Shown here one piece after another: positions 38,336 to 50,204 of a DNA stretch of 64,000 nucleotides (its first letter is position 1; the number at the start of each line of letters is the position of its first letter). The stretch is taken from positions 48,340-112,339 of the forward strand of contig NIVC01000554.1 in NCBI GenBank assembly GCA_002269645.1. The letters run 5' to 3'. The notes under the pieces are model-generated. The model was given only the letters and a program-made list of their open reading frames with translations, ran no database searches and was not told the origin of the DNA. Position numbers and translations under genes: made by a program. Source of the DNA: Macrostomum lignano. Taxonomy: Eukaryota.

Positions 38336-38503
38336 TCAGTCCTTCTTGAACCCGATGGTCTCGGCGTACTGTCTGAAGCACTGACGACAGACGCTCAGGC
38401 CGTATTTGCGAATAATACCGTGTCTGTTTGAGCACACGCGGCAGCAGCGACTGCCGGGGCCATACTTTTTTGGATGCGCGTGCCAGATTGTGGAGAAGGG
38501 CAT
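38336..38503 (-). CDS. RPS29: 40S ribosomal protein S29 (uS14), intronless CDS, 55 aa
   Basis: Manual translation [55 protein letters not shown]; CxxC...CxxC zinc ligands; AATAAA ~100 nt downstream (38230-38235). Confidence 0.95.
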   Translation of the reverse strand: MPFSTIWHAHPKKYGPGSRCCRVCSNRHGIIRKYGLSVCRQCFRQYAETIGFKKD

Positions 38504-39989
38504 TGTTCTGGATTTTGTGTCTGTAACAGCTTTGTCTGGAAAAAATAATTTGATTAATACTGAGCTAATTTATATTCAGTATAAATAGTTAAATGGTAGC
38601 CTGAAACTTTCCAAAGGATTCATATAGCCATATTTTATCTAATTAAGACTTTATGGAATCTCTACCTTAGCCATAATTTGCTCTGAGTCTCTGACCCACA
38701 GAAGTTGCAGGAGTTTGCAGACTATTATTAACAGATTAATCTAATCATGCTATTAGTATAATCATATTCATTGTATATCAGTTACTAGAAATTCACATTT
38801 GTGTACAGCAACAAAAATTTTTTTTAGACTTCACATTGACCAAGATAATAGGATAGACAGTTTATCCTTTTAAAATAAATCATCAGATTGTAATGCAAAA
38901 TATAAAACTATGAACTAAATAATACAAACCTAGGTAAAATATTGTAGCAATTTGGCATTAGGGGTACAAATTTAAGATACCAAAATAAAATTTACTATAA
39001 TAAGCCTAACATTACTATGACATAAAAAACCTATGAGTACATGAGAAAACAATTTAGAATTAGAAGGCACTTATACACAAACTGGTTATACAAAAACTAG
39101 GTCAAGTCATTGCACATTGTCTTTTTATTGTTTAGCTTCATAATCAATCACTGTACATGCAACCATTCACCATGGTATCACTTGGCTAACACAAAGTCAA
39201 AAAGTAATGTTTACTTCATTCTTACAAAAAGTGAACAATGTTCAAAAATATGAATTGTAATTGATATTCCTTAAAAACACAAAATGTTCTACTCTCACTA
39301 TTGATAAGATTTGTTTCATAATTGTCATTAATACTTGACCATAGATATCTGCATTTTTTATTCTTACTTAACATATTCAAGATTTTACCCTAAAACTTAG
39401 AGTCAACAAACAATAGCTCTTACCAGTAGACATAATCCTCTTTTTTTATTAGCCTAAACTGGAGTCTTATTATGCAAATTGCATTATTCATAGTTGAGAT
39501 ATAAAAACCAATATTACCAAAGTCTAGTATGCATGATCTTTTGGGCTACAAAAGATAAAAAAGCTGATACTGACCTAGTCAGGTTGTTATTTCTAGGAAA
39601 ATGCAGTCCTGCTTTAAAGAAATTATTCTATATACATTTTAAGTGTTTTATATTGTTAACCAAATCAAATACTTATTCTCAATGAAAAAAAAAATTGTTG
39701 CTAACTATGAACATAAATGCAATGAAAATGGCAATTTTATCATACTGGGGCCTTGTCTTCGAGAGTCATTTAGCAACATTACAAAGTTTCTATCCTTAGC
39801 ACTAGTAAGCAAATTATTTTAAATACTTGATACTAGGGATTTTTAAATTAAATATTATGGTTCAAATTCAATTGCCAGGTTTATAGAACAAAAGAAATAA
39901 TAATTTTTGTTATAACCTATTTATTAGTATAATGATTAAACCTATATTATGGCAATGTTTAACCCATAGGTCTAGAGAATAGAAAACTG

Positions 39990-40175
39990 AGGGAATAAAG
40001 AAGAAAGAAAAGAAAGAAGAGAATAGGCCTAAAAGAGAAGAAAAAAAGAAAAGAAATAAAAAAAGAGAAGAAAAATACAAAAAAGGAAAGGAAAAAGGAA
40101 AAAAGAAAATAAAGAGAAGAGAGAATAGAAAGGGGAAAAGAAAGGAAGAAAATAAAGAGTAGAAAAGAGAAGACA
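39990..40175. repeat. Purine-rich low-complexity tract (GAAAA-like)
   Basis: Almost exclusively A/G on the + strand. Confidence 0.85.
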
Positions 40176-40707
40176 CAAACCTTAATTAGGCTGGATTGCT
40201 ATTAAGAAGTTTTAGAGGACCCAAAGGCCTGATTAAAAGGCTTTGCAAACCACATATGGCTTATGAGTTGGAGTTTGCTGCCTTTTGGTGAAAAGGATAT
40301 CAACTTTTTAATTTTAAAGATAAAAAAATAACTTTTCACTAAAACTAGATAAAAGGAAAATTTGAATAATATTTTTTTGTTGAAGATCATCTTCATTCTT
40401 TAGTTTAGCATAAATTGTCAAACTACTAAGGAGCTAAAATATACATTCTAGATTATTTAATTCTTAGAATATTCTTAAAAGAAAATTACAATTGTTAGGC
40501 TTTAAGCTCAAGTTTTTTATATAGCCTACTATAATAATAATAAGCCTTGTTGATAGTTGTTTGTGTTAGTCTATTTGTTTGCTGCCAGTTTGGCATTTTT
40601 TTGCAAAAATATAATAATGAACTTATATTTTATTTAATAATCAAATAGAGTAATATTTACTAATACTGACAATTAATAATTAATATTCAAATTATAAAAA
40701 TATCTAA

Positions 40708-41628
40708 AATATTCCTTTTTGTGGCCTATAGTTGGTACTTCAAGCTTTTAATTTAATCATAGATACAGAAACCAGGCTTGCAAGACAGAAAGGTTTCTGT
40801 CTATGGTTGACACTCATTGGCATAGCAGAGTTCAATTTAATCCTGGGGGCATCAATTTGATCATTCTATGCATTCAATGCAAATTTTTACTGTTAGCAAA
40901 ACAAACTTGTTTTTACATCATATGATCTTCGGACAGACTATAATGGCAGTCAGGTTCCAGATGTTCATCTAAGATTTGGTGCAAAGTGTGATGAGTTATG
41001 GTGATGTACTTGATGGCAAAAAGTCTGTGTGATCATGGATAATGTCCATTTTCATCATGGAGTGACAATCCCAGATCAATTTCAGCCTGCTTGGTGCCTG
41101 GTGACATTGACTCCATACTTGCCATTCTTCAATCCTGTGGAAAACGTCTGAAGTGCCTGAAGGCAGCCATAAAATGCCAGCTGGCTCAACCACAACTGCA
41201 AGAAGAGCTAGACACTCTACCTAATGGTCATTTGCTATAAGAGTGGCAAATCCTTGTCCTACAGAGGAGTGCAGAGGACATAACCCGTGAAGTGACCATT
41301 GCAAAATGCGAGGCTGGTACCAGCAGATGCTGAGATTTATTTCAGCTTGACTTGACAACATCCAATGCTAAAGCTTTTATTTGTTTATTGTATTGTTCTG
41401 TTTTAGATTTTCTCAATGATAAGTAAATGACTTGTGTTATAGCACTGGATATCTAACATTATATGATTAGAATGATCAAATTGATACCCCCAGGATTAAA
41501 TTGAAATCCGCTATGCCAACGAATGTTGACCATAGACAGAAAATTTTTAGTCTTGCAAGCCTGATTTCTGTATCTATGATTAAATTGAAAGCTTGCAGTA
41601 CCAATTACGCTACAAAAAGGAATAATGT
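40708..41628 (+). mobile_element. Decayed non-autonomous Tc1/IS630-family DNA transposon
   Basis: ~160-bp imperfect inverted repeats (40708-40868 / 41467-41628). Internal frame VIMDNVHFH...TPYLPFFNPVENV* is the D..(33 aa)..E catalytic segment, with stops and a frameshift. Confidence 0.8.
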
Positions 41629-42639
41629 TCCCAAATGTTCTCTTTTTTAATCAAGACTAGGGCCTATGCCTATTTTTTATATTTTAATAACCAATGACAA
41701 TGTCTCAATCATTAGGCCACATTATTTTATAATAGGTCTAGATAATAGAGAATAGAGTAATTAGTTATCTAGTTAAAAATGTAGTAATTCATTAAAATAT
41801 ATTGTTTGGAAGATGGTTACCCTTACAATTTATTGTTTTCTTAATGTATTTTTAATTTTAATTAATTATATTAAAGTGTATATATTATAATAGATTATCA
41901 TTGTCATATAATCAAAATTCATTGTTAAATTTATAATATCTGCTAATTAATTTATGATAAACAAACTGTGCAGGGCCCCTCCCGATTTCTTTATAAAATA
42001 GTCACCATTTAGTCAATTTGAATTTATGCCAAAACTAAGAAACATATTTTGTTTTAATACTCGTATTTTCTATAATATTTTGCACTAACGAATTTTTGTT
42101 TAAAACTGTAGCAAATTTTAGTATAAATAGAAGCGTTTTTGGCAGAGGAGAGAGCAACCTCGCGCATCGCGGTTCGCAATAAGCAATTGATAGCAAATAG
42201 AAGAGTTCCGAGAAAATAAGAATTGAAGAAGTGTTTTCCGTGTTAATTCTTTTTTTAAGAAAGAGTGAAGTAGACGGAAGTGTGTACCGTATATACTACT
42301 GAGAAGGAAAGTGTTGAGTAGTAAGAAGTTGCGAAGTAGATCTGAAGTAATACGTGTAAGAATAAACGGAGGCTGTGACCCTCTGATCTCGGTAACGCCC
42401 AAGGACTTGCAAAGTACATGAAATACATATACCAGTAAGCCAAAATACCGCTCAGGCCATTATTAAGTAGAACGCTATCAGAATAATAGAACGCTACCAG
42501 AATAATCAGAAGAGTACATCTTTCAGGGCTAACAGTTTTCTAAGAATAATACTCAGACTAAATACTCAGACTAAATACTCAGACCTATTCTAAGAAACAT
42601 TTCTCGGATTATTCTAAGATTGATAAACTCACAATTTAT

Positions 42640-43005
42640 TAATAGGATAATCCTGGTGGCAGCTACCAACCTAAGAAGAACACTTAAGAGATTAGTAAAT
42701 TAGCCCTGTGATAGCTTTGGTGGCAGCTAGTAAGGCTAAACAAAGGATTAATTAAGAGCCCTACGACAGCTTTTGGTGACAGTGTGAAATTATTATTAAG
42801 AAGAAAGAATCACCCCTAGTACAACTTTGGTGACATAACGGTGAAATTCTTATAGAGAGCCAAAAGGCCTACGACAACTTGGTATCAGCGGTGAGATTAA
42901 AATTGATAAAGTAGGAGGTGAAACATCTACGACAACTTAGTGACAGCGGTGAAATCATTTGTAGGGACAGAAGTTACCCCTACGACAACTTGGTGGCAGC
43001 GTAAA
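42640..43005 (+). repeat. Array of seven (LTR-end + PBS) repeats with unique spacers at the U5 end; units 1-6 are copied in the 3' LTR (~47393-47740)
   Basis: Consensus CCCTACGACA-ACT-TGGTG(G/A)CAGCGGTGA; PBS-like starts at 42654, 42718, 42774, 42828, 42880, 42938 and 42991. Confidence 0.85.
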
Positions 43006-43180
43006 GGATCAGAGAAACGGCCAGAATCGAACAGATCAGAGAAACGGCCAGAATCGAACAGATCAGAGAAACGGCCAGAATCGAACAGATCAGAGAAACG
43101 GCCAGAATTTCAGAACTAGACAGATCAGAGAAACGGCCAGAACTTCAGGACTAGACAGATCAGAGAAACGGCAAAGAACT
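43006..43180. repeat. 27/35-bp leader tandem repeat GATCAGAGAAACGGCCAGAATCGAACA
   Basis: Six GATCAGAGAAACGG units between the PBS and gag. Confidence 0.9.
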
Positions 43181-43247
43181 CCGGTAATTGAAGATCATCA
43201 GTGAGAAATTTTAGAATTAGGAACAGTAGTTAGAATCAAGAAGAAAG

Positions 43248-43838
43248 ATGGCTAATGCCAATGATGCAATCGCTAGGCTAGCTGAAGAGCTGTCAAAGAA
43301 GCTAGGATTAGGAACGGAGAAGCAAGTAGAGATTGAGAAGTACACACCTGACAAAAATATCAGGCAGTGGATCAATGCATTCGAGCAGCAATGCAGGATG
43401 CAAGGATTGAATGGAGAAAAACGGAAAGTAGCTCTTTTCGCCAATCTAGACATCCCAGAAGAACTGAAACGGAGGATGAGCCATAAACAAGATCAGCAGC
43501 ACTATCAAGACATTAGGCGACAAGTTATTGAGCAGTTCGAAAGGAAGCAGCAGAAGCAGGAGGAGAATGGAGTCCAAGCCCTAGTCGAGTGCTTGATGAC
43601 CCTGACGGTCATATTGACAAATCTGAACTTAGAACAGAAATCAGAGCAGCAGCAGCAGTACAAGTACCAGACGGCGCCAAAATCGCGCCCGCCGCACAGA
43701 TTTAGTGGCGCCAGACCAGAGCCAAGCCCTGGTCATTGCTTCTTCTGTGGGAAGCCAGGACCAATCAGGCCACAAGCAGGTCACAGATGCAGAGTGAATC
43801 TGGGAGAAGCCAGACAGCGAGCTCAGGAGAAAGGATGA
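43248..43838 (+). CDS. Short Gag-like protein, 196 aa, with a degenerate Zn knuckle
   Basis: Located after the PBS; retrotransposon-gag-like '..IRQWINAFE..' segment; CFFCGKPG(P)...HRC knuckle lacking the canonical His position. Confidence 0.75.
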   Translation: MANANDAIARLAEELSKKLGLGTEKQVEIEKYTPDKNIRQWINAFEQQCRMQGLNGEKRKVALFANLDIPEELKRRMSHKQDQQHYQDIRRQVIEQFERKQQKQEENGVQALVECLMTLTVILTNLNLEQKSEQQQQYKYQTAPKSRPPHRFSGARPEPSPGHCFFCGKPGPIRPQAGHRCRVNLGEARQRAQEKG

Positions 43839-45269
43839 GAGTAATTTTCTACTAGCACGAATCAATTAAGCTAAGAAAATTGTACATAATATATTCATAA
43901 AAATATAAAAATTTATAAAAAGCTTCGAAAAGAAAATAAAAATGACCGTACAGAGTATATAATGCACATAATTACCTAATGGAGCCCCAAAAGGGCCGTT
44001 TTAGCAAAAGACCGCTTATGTAAATCGCTAGCTCATTAAAATGTTTGACATGCATGATTATTATAGTACTGTATTATGTAAATACGTCACTGTTGCACAA
44101 ATTTGCTTGAAGTAAAATAGCTCAGAAAGGTTTCCCTAACAAAATACGGTATAGAAGCCTCAGAAGGGCCGTTTTACCGAAGTTTTCGAATAGACTCTTA
44201 GCATATTTGAAATGACTAGAATTAACATTATGTAACTGTGTAAATATTCACTATGTAAATAGCACACTAAACTACGCAAAATTAAGTCTCCAGAAGAGCC
44301 TTAAAGAATTAGGTGACCCCGAAAAGGGCCGTTTTGACAAAGAAAATTCAGAAAATCAACAAAAACAGGTTTAATTCGGTTAGTTAGGCTGCTCAGAAAG
44401 TAAGATAGGAAGTCTACAATAAGCGTCGGAGTAGTGAGAAGCTCTGTGAAGAAGAAATAATTAAAGAATTAATGTAATAAACTCTGACAATAGGCAGTAG
44501 AGAGAAGCGAATACAGGACGCTGAGAAGTTGAATTGAAGAAGAAGACGAGGAATTTGAAAAGAGAAGCACGAGAATTTGAGAGGAATCGAGAATTAGAGA
44601 AGAAAAGGTGTGCTAAAAGCAAGAGGTAGACTAAAGACTTTTTGTCGCCATCGAGTGACGTAGTCTAGCCGCACCCTCAAGCGCTAATAGACACCAAGTA
44701 GAAGAGAATCAAGAGTAGTCGAGAAGCGAATTTGAAGAAGTGAATTCAAGAGAAGAATTCGAAGAAAAATCAAGAAGAAGTACATAAGCAAAGTCAAAGA
44801 AGTGAACCAGAAGAATTGAGAGTTTGATAAAGTGAGGAGAAAAATTGTGAGAAAAAGCCAAGAAAAATCCGATCAGCTATCTCATGGTGTCCCTCTTTAG
44901 ATCAGATATCATTGCTGTCTAAATGGATGCGATAGTCTGTGAAGAACAAAAATAAGAGAGAATTCGAGAGATGAGAAAAGTGAAGAGTTTGTCAGAGAAA
45001 ATCTAAAAATAGAAAGAACGGAAATTTCTTGATCCCGCTTAGAAAGGCATGGTGTAACCATTTTAAGACCTCTCTCAAGGATCCTGAAAATCGGAAAGAC
45101 ATTTGAAAAATGGAATACTGGAAGGAGTGCTCACTGTTCTTTTGGAGAAAGCAAGGTAGTCCACTGACAGCCAATTTTAGCCCATTCCTGAGAACATAGC
45201 ATTTTCGGAAAGTAGAGGCTTGAAACCAAACTAATCCAATAATTACATAACTAACTAACTAAAGCATGA

Positions 45270-45480
45270 AGAAGAATTTGAGCAAGAAGATGAGTCAACA
45301 GATAGTGAGAAAACTGAGCCAGCCGAAACAGATGACGCATTAGAATTAGATAGGAGAGAAAGAAATGAAGACGAAAGGATTGAGCATAGGCCGCATTATA
45401 ATTTGAGACCAAGAAATGAGAGAGTTGTCACCTCAGGATTCGCCCCCCGCAGGCGATACGCCCATTATCTGAAATAATCA
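45270..45480 (+). pseudogene. Remnant of the pol/integrase C-terminal tail
   Basis: Frame reads EEEFEQEDESTDSEK...HRPHYNLRPRNER...YLK*: an acidic tail plus YNLRPR, typical of Gypsy pol ends; upstream is disrupted. Confidence 0.55.
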
Positions 45481-45849
45481 AAATTGTATCATGCCAAGTA
45501 TTAAATTGTAAATAGGTTTGCTTAAAAATCAAAATGCTCTATGAAGAAAATCTGTTGTAAAATAACATTGACAAAATATAAAAAGTTTAAAAATTTAAAA
45601 ACACAAAAACATTGCGCATTACTAGTAGTAGAAATGCAGAGAATTGTGTGAAGAAATCTAAAGTCTATAAAAATCCTAGCAACGCTTAGCAACCGTGTGC
45701 AGTTATGAGCCAATAAGAGACAACCAAGCGAACACTAGAGAGAGCCATTACATTTGACGACCACGTAACCCCATTAGCCCCCTCGAAAAGCGAGAGTTTG
45801 CCCCCAAGCGAACACCACGATAGACGTCAGTCATCAGTGGCAGGCAGCA

Positions 45850-46335
45850 CTTGTCCAGCACCATTGGCTGCCGCCGCGGCTCGCCTAACATCATCGGCTG
45901 CCGCCGCGGCTCGTTCAGCATCATCGGCTGCCGCCGCGGCTCGTTCAGCATCATCGGCTGCCGCCGCGGCTTGTTCAGCATCATCGGCTGCCGCCGCGGC
46001 TCGTTCAGTGTCATCGGCTGCCGCCGCAGCTTATTCAGCATCATTGGCTACCGCCGCGGCTTGTCCAGCATCATCGGCTGCCGCCGCGGCTCGCCCAACA
46101 TTGTCGGCTGCTGTTTGTCCAGCATCATCGGCTGCCGCCGCGGCTCGTTCAGCATCATCGGCTGCCGCCGCAGCTTGTTCAGCATCATCGGCTGCTGCCG
46201 CGGCTCGTTCAGTGTCATCGGCTGCCGCCGCGGCTTATTCAGCATCATTGGCTACCGCCGCGGCTTGTCCAGCATCATCGGCTGCCGTCGCGGCTCGCCC
46301 AACATTGTCGGCTGCTGTTTGTCCAGCGTCATCGG
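45850..46335. repeat. 30-bp GC-rich tandem repeat CATCATCGGCTGCCGCCGCGGCTCGTTCAG inside the LTR element
   Basis: Degenerate copies, with an apparent ~180-bp higher-order duplication. Confidence 0.9.
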
Positions 46336-48549
46336 CTGTTGCCACGGCCCGACCAGCTTCATCGAAGGCAGTGATCCCGCGTAATATCCACAGTGAGTTG
46401 CCTCACCCATGCAACTTGTTAACTCAATGTTCATTGTTTGCCTATTATTTGTTATCTTTCACATCCTGTATAATTTGTACTTATACTGTGGAACAGTACT
46501 TATACTGTGGAACAGTTTCTTTTTGCTTTGTTCATATAATCCTTGCTACAAACTTTGCTTGCATTACACCCTTCCGTTTTTTATTATTTTTGTTGCCTAA
46601 AAACTATACATATGCTGTTATGTCTCATTGCTTTGATTGAAAATTTTTCTCACTCAAAATGCTTTAAGTAGTACTTGTAACATTTTTTTATTCGAAAAAT
46701 TTTTTTAGGGGAGGCAGGTTGTGCAGGGCCCCTCCCGATTTCTTTATAAAATAGTCACCATTTAGTCAATTTGAATTTATGCCAAAACTAAGAAACATAT
46801 TTTGTTTTAATACTCGTATTTTCTATAATATTTTGCACTAACGAATTTTTGTTTAAAACTGTAGCAAATTTTAGTATAAATAGAAGCGTTTTTGGCAGAG
46901 GAGAGAGCAACCTCGCGCATCGCGGTTCGCAATAAGCAATTGATAGCAAATAGAAGAGTTCCGAGAAAATAAGAATTGAAGAAGTGTTTTCCGTGTTAAT
47001 TCTTTTTTTAAGAAAGAGTGAAGTAGACGGAAGTGTGTACCGTATATACTACTGAGAAGGAAAGTGTTGAGTAGTAAGAAGTTGCGAAGTAGATCTGAAG
47101 TAATACGTGTAAGAATAAACGGAGGCTGTGACCCTCTGATCTCGGTAACGCCCAAGGACTTGCAAAGTACATGAAATACATATACCAGTAAGCCAAAATA
47201 CCGCTCAGGCCATTATTAAGTAGAACGCTATCAGAATAATAGAACGCTACCAGAATAATCAGAAGAGTACATCTTTCAGGGCTAACAGTTTTCTAAGAAT
47301 AATACTCAGACTAAATACTCAGACTAAATACTCAGACCTATTCTAAGAAACATTTCTCGGATTATTCTAAGATTGATAAACTCACAATTTATTAATAGGA
47401 TAATCCTGGTGGCAGCTACCAACCTAAGAAGAACACTTAAGAGATTAGTAAATTAGCCCTGTGATAGCTTTGGTGGCAGCTAGTAAGGCTAAACAAAGGA
47501 TTAATTAAGAGCCCTACGACAGCTTTTGGTGACAGTGTGAAATTATTATTAAGAAGAAAGAATCACCCCTAGTACAACTTTGGTGACATAACGGTGAAAT
47601 TCTTATAGAGAGCCAAAAGGCCTACGACAACTTGGTATCAGCGGTGAGATTAAAATTGATAAAGTAGGAGGTGAAACATCTACGACAACTTAGTGACAGC
47701 GGTGAAATCATTTGTAGGGACAGAAGTTACCCCTACGACAAAACAAAACAAAATTAGACAAGTATAAAGCTTTTGCTATTTGTTGGCAGTTTGACCATAG
47801 ACAATAATACTTTTTATTTGTTTCCATTAAGACTTGTTTACTTGTTAACATTTTGGCCATAGACTATTGTAGCTTTTCAGTGTCAAATACATTATAACAA
47901 GTTTTGGAACATAGTATTAGTGCCTGATTAAGCTCAAGTCTCTTAAAAATAATTATGTGTACTTAAAATAGTTTATAAAGTATTTTTCTAGACTCAAAAT
48001 AATTTAACAAATGGAACCTAACAATTGCCTAAAATTATATATATAAATGATATCTCATTATTAGGCCTAATAAAAATAATAACTTTTTACATGACTTAGA
48101 ATTTAGATATCTCATTATGAAAAATAAGCTTTACAATATATGTAATTAAATTTATTTTTAATTCCATTTGCTTGCTGATCATCCCAGATAATAAAGCAAG
48201 GCAATAAACAGACAAAATGACTTATTCTTTTTGATTTTTGAAAAATTATTTTTTTAAATCTTTAAAATTAAGCTAGATAAAAGGTGCATGACCAAGATGG
48301 CCATAACTATAAATGTCTAAATAGATAATTATAAGCCTAGGTCAATATATTTAATTTATTTTTTTGGTAGTAATTTGTATTAGGTGTAGATTGAAAAGTC
48401 TTAGAGATAGGCCCCTATCTCTATATTATTAAATATTATTATATAATAGAATTATATAATATTATAAACATTCCCTTTGGCTTAAGCTTTTATTGTAGCT
48501 TTATCTATAGATATTTATCCAATAAATAAAGCAAGTAGCCTAGGCCCTA

Positions 48550-49195
48550 GCACAACAACAACAACAACAAAATACGCTGTCAGGATGGCAAAAGTCAGCG
48601 TCACAGGTGCACTTCATGGCTTGGGCACAAACAAAGGCCACGCCACCAGCAGTGTCCGGGGCACCAGCATCAGCCAGCAGACAGTCAACATAATGCCGAG
48701 TTTGTGCTTGACCTCACTGGTAGGGTTCCTGCAGTGTGAGCAGCAGCACCTCCTGCACCGGCTGTGGGCAGTACGACTCGGCATGGATGAGATGGCCTGC
48801 AAGCTGGAGTCGCTGATGGCGCAGTAGATCACTTGGACATGGCAGGCCAGCGCGGTGATAGAGTGCCGTGTTAGTGACTCGCTTGACACCGATGTTGAAG
48901 GTGGCATGCAGTAGGCCAGCATGGGCTGCATTGACTTGCTGTTTGAGTGAGTCCGTCAGCGTCCAGGTCTTAGCATTGTACAGCAGGATGGTCTCTATTA
49001 CCGCCTGGAACAGCGCCACTCTCTGGCAGTCCAGTAGGGCCTCGGACTGCAGGACTGCCCTCACAGAACAAAAGGCAGCCCAGGCAAGCCTGCGGCGGTG
49101 TCGCAGGTCCTCGCGAGCATCTGGAACCAGACCACCAAGGTAGACAAACTGCTGACATCGCGGGAGTTCAGTCGCCTACCTGTCAGCACCTTGGC
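48550..49195 (-). mobile_element. 5'-truncated RTE-like non-LTR retrotransposon 3' end
   Basis: Minus-strand LFQAVIETILLYNAKTWTL...RVTNTALYHRAG...LRHQRLQLAGHL is the post-RT C-terminal region of RTE-type LINEs; it ends in a (TTG)n tail at 48550-48568. Confidence 0.8.
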
Positions 49196-49232
49196 AGAAT
49201 ATAGGAAATAGCACAACATAAATACCTTGTTA

Positions 49233-49490
49233 CACAGGGGTGGATTTAGGGGGGACAGCCATCCTCCCCCCAGAATAGGCTAGCTTGATAGAACATATTG
49301 CACCTTTTAAATTTGATTGTTTGCCTCCAAATGCTTTTTTGCATCCCTAAGATTGATTTTTGCCCCTTAGGGTAGGGCCTATATGCATTTTTTGTGCCTC
49401 CTACTCTTAGATTAAAAATTATTGCCCTTTATACTTGCAATGGCACTCTAAACTTGGACAGCCCCTCCAATGAAACTCTAGATCCATCTT
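49233..49490. mobile_element. Possible degenerate MITE
   Basis: Left CAGGGGTGGATTTAG versus right CTAGATCCATCT (imperfect inverted ends); internal GGACAGCC-CCTCC repeated; no TSD identified. Confidence 0.25.
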
Positions 49491-50204
49491 CACCAACCAT
49501 CGTTGTTGCATATTGATTATATTTTTACATAGGCCTAGCATTACCATTAGCAATGATTTCTTGATTAACTGATAATGATAATAGATTTAATAGATGTATG
49601 TAATGATAGGAAATAAATGGGCACTAGGGCCTAACCCATAAGTTTTTGTATTATGGTAAATTAGTTTTAAATCTATATTTTATTGTTGTATTAATATTTA
49701 TGAATAGGCCTATGCTATGATTGATTAAATTATTAATATGATTAATATATTAATTACCATTAAGTTGTAAATGAATAGTAGGGCCTAGTCCCTACTAGTA
49801 TAGTGAGAGTAAATATAATAATAGAGCCGAGGTTCAATGTTGCAGCCATCTTGGTCTTAGGCCTACACCAGATAAAATACTTGATTTTCTAATTCTTCTG
49901 AAACGCTTGCTACAAACTTAGGATGTGCCCAAAAAAAGCTAAAAACTGCTGAATTAGGCCGGCGCAGGTCCTAGGCCTACTTAGTTTTGTGTTTTAGTTT
50001 AGTGATGTGTGATGATGCCATGCAATACAATTGCAGCATAAATGTATGTTACACAGATCAATGGTGAGAAAACAGCCTGTCATTGTGGGAAATTTTGTGT
50101 ATCTAAGATCAATATTGATACTACAAGTTCAAGTTTTTCGGAATATCTAGATTCTAGAAAGATGTTGCAAGGCCCGCTCGATCGATGGGTCTCGATCGCT
50201 TCGT

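Larger units (their letters stand above)
41967..47740 (+). mobile_element. Non-autonomous (gag-only) Ty3/Gypsy-type LTR retroelement, recent insertion
   Basis: 1021-bp LTRs 41967-42987 and 46720-47740 (TG...CA, no difference noticed by eye); 4-bp TSD AAAC; PBS TGGTGGCAGCG at 42991; PPT AGGGGAGGCAGG; no RT or RNase H, only an integrase-tail remnant. Confidence 0.93.

Noticed and set aside
42640-43005. CRISPR array call for the repeat-spacer structure
   Set aside because: Eukaryotic context, no cas genes, and the repeat is explained as LTR terminus plus PBS. Reported as a finding instead.
45798-46640. env gene or antifreeze-like Ala-rich protein
   Set aside because: TTG start, repeat-derived body, no signal peptide or env motifs.
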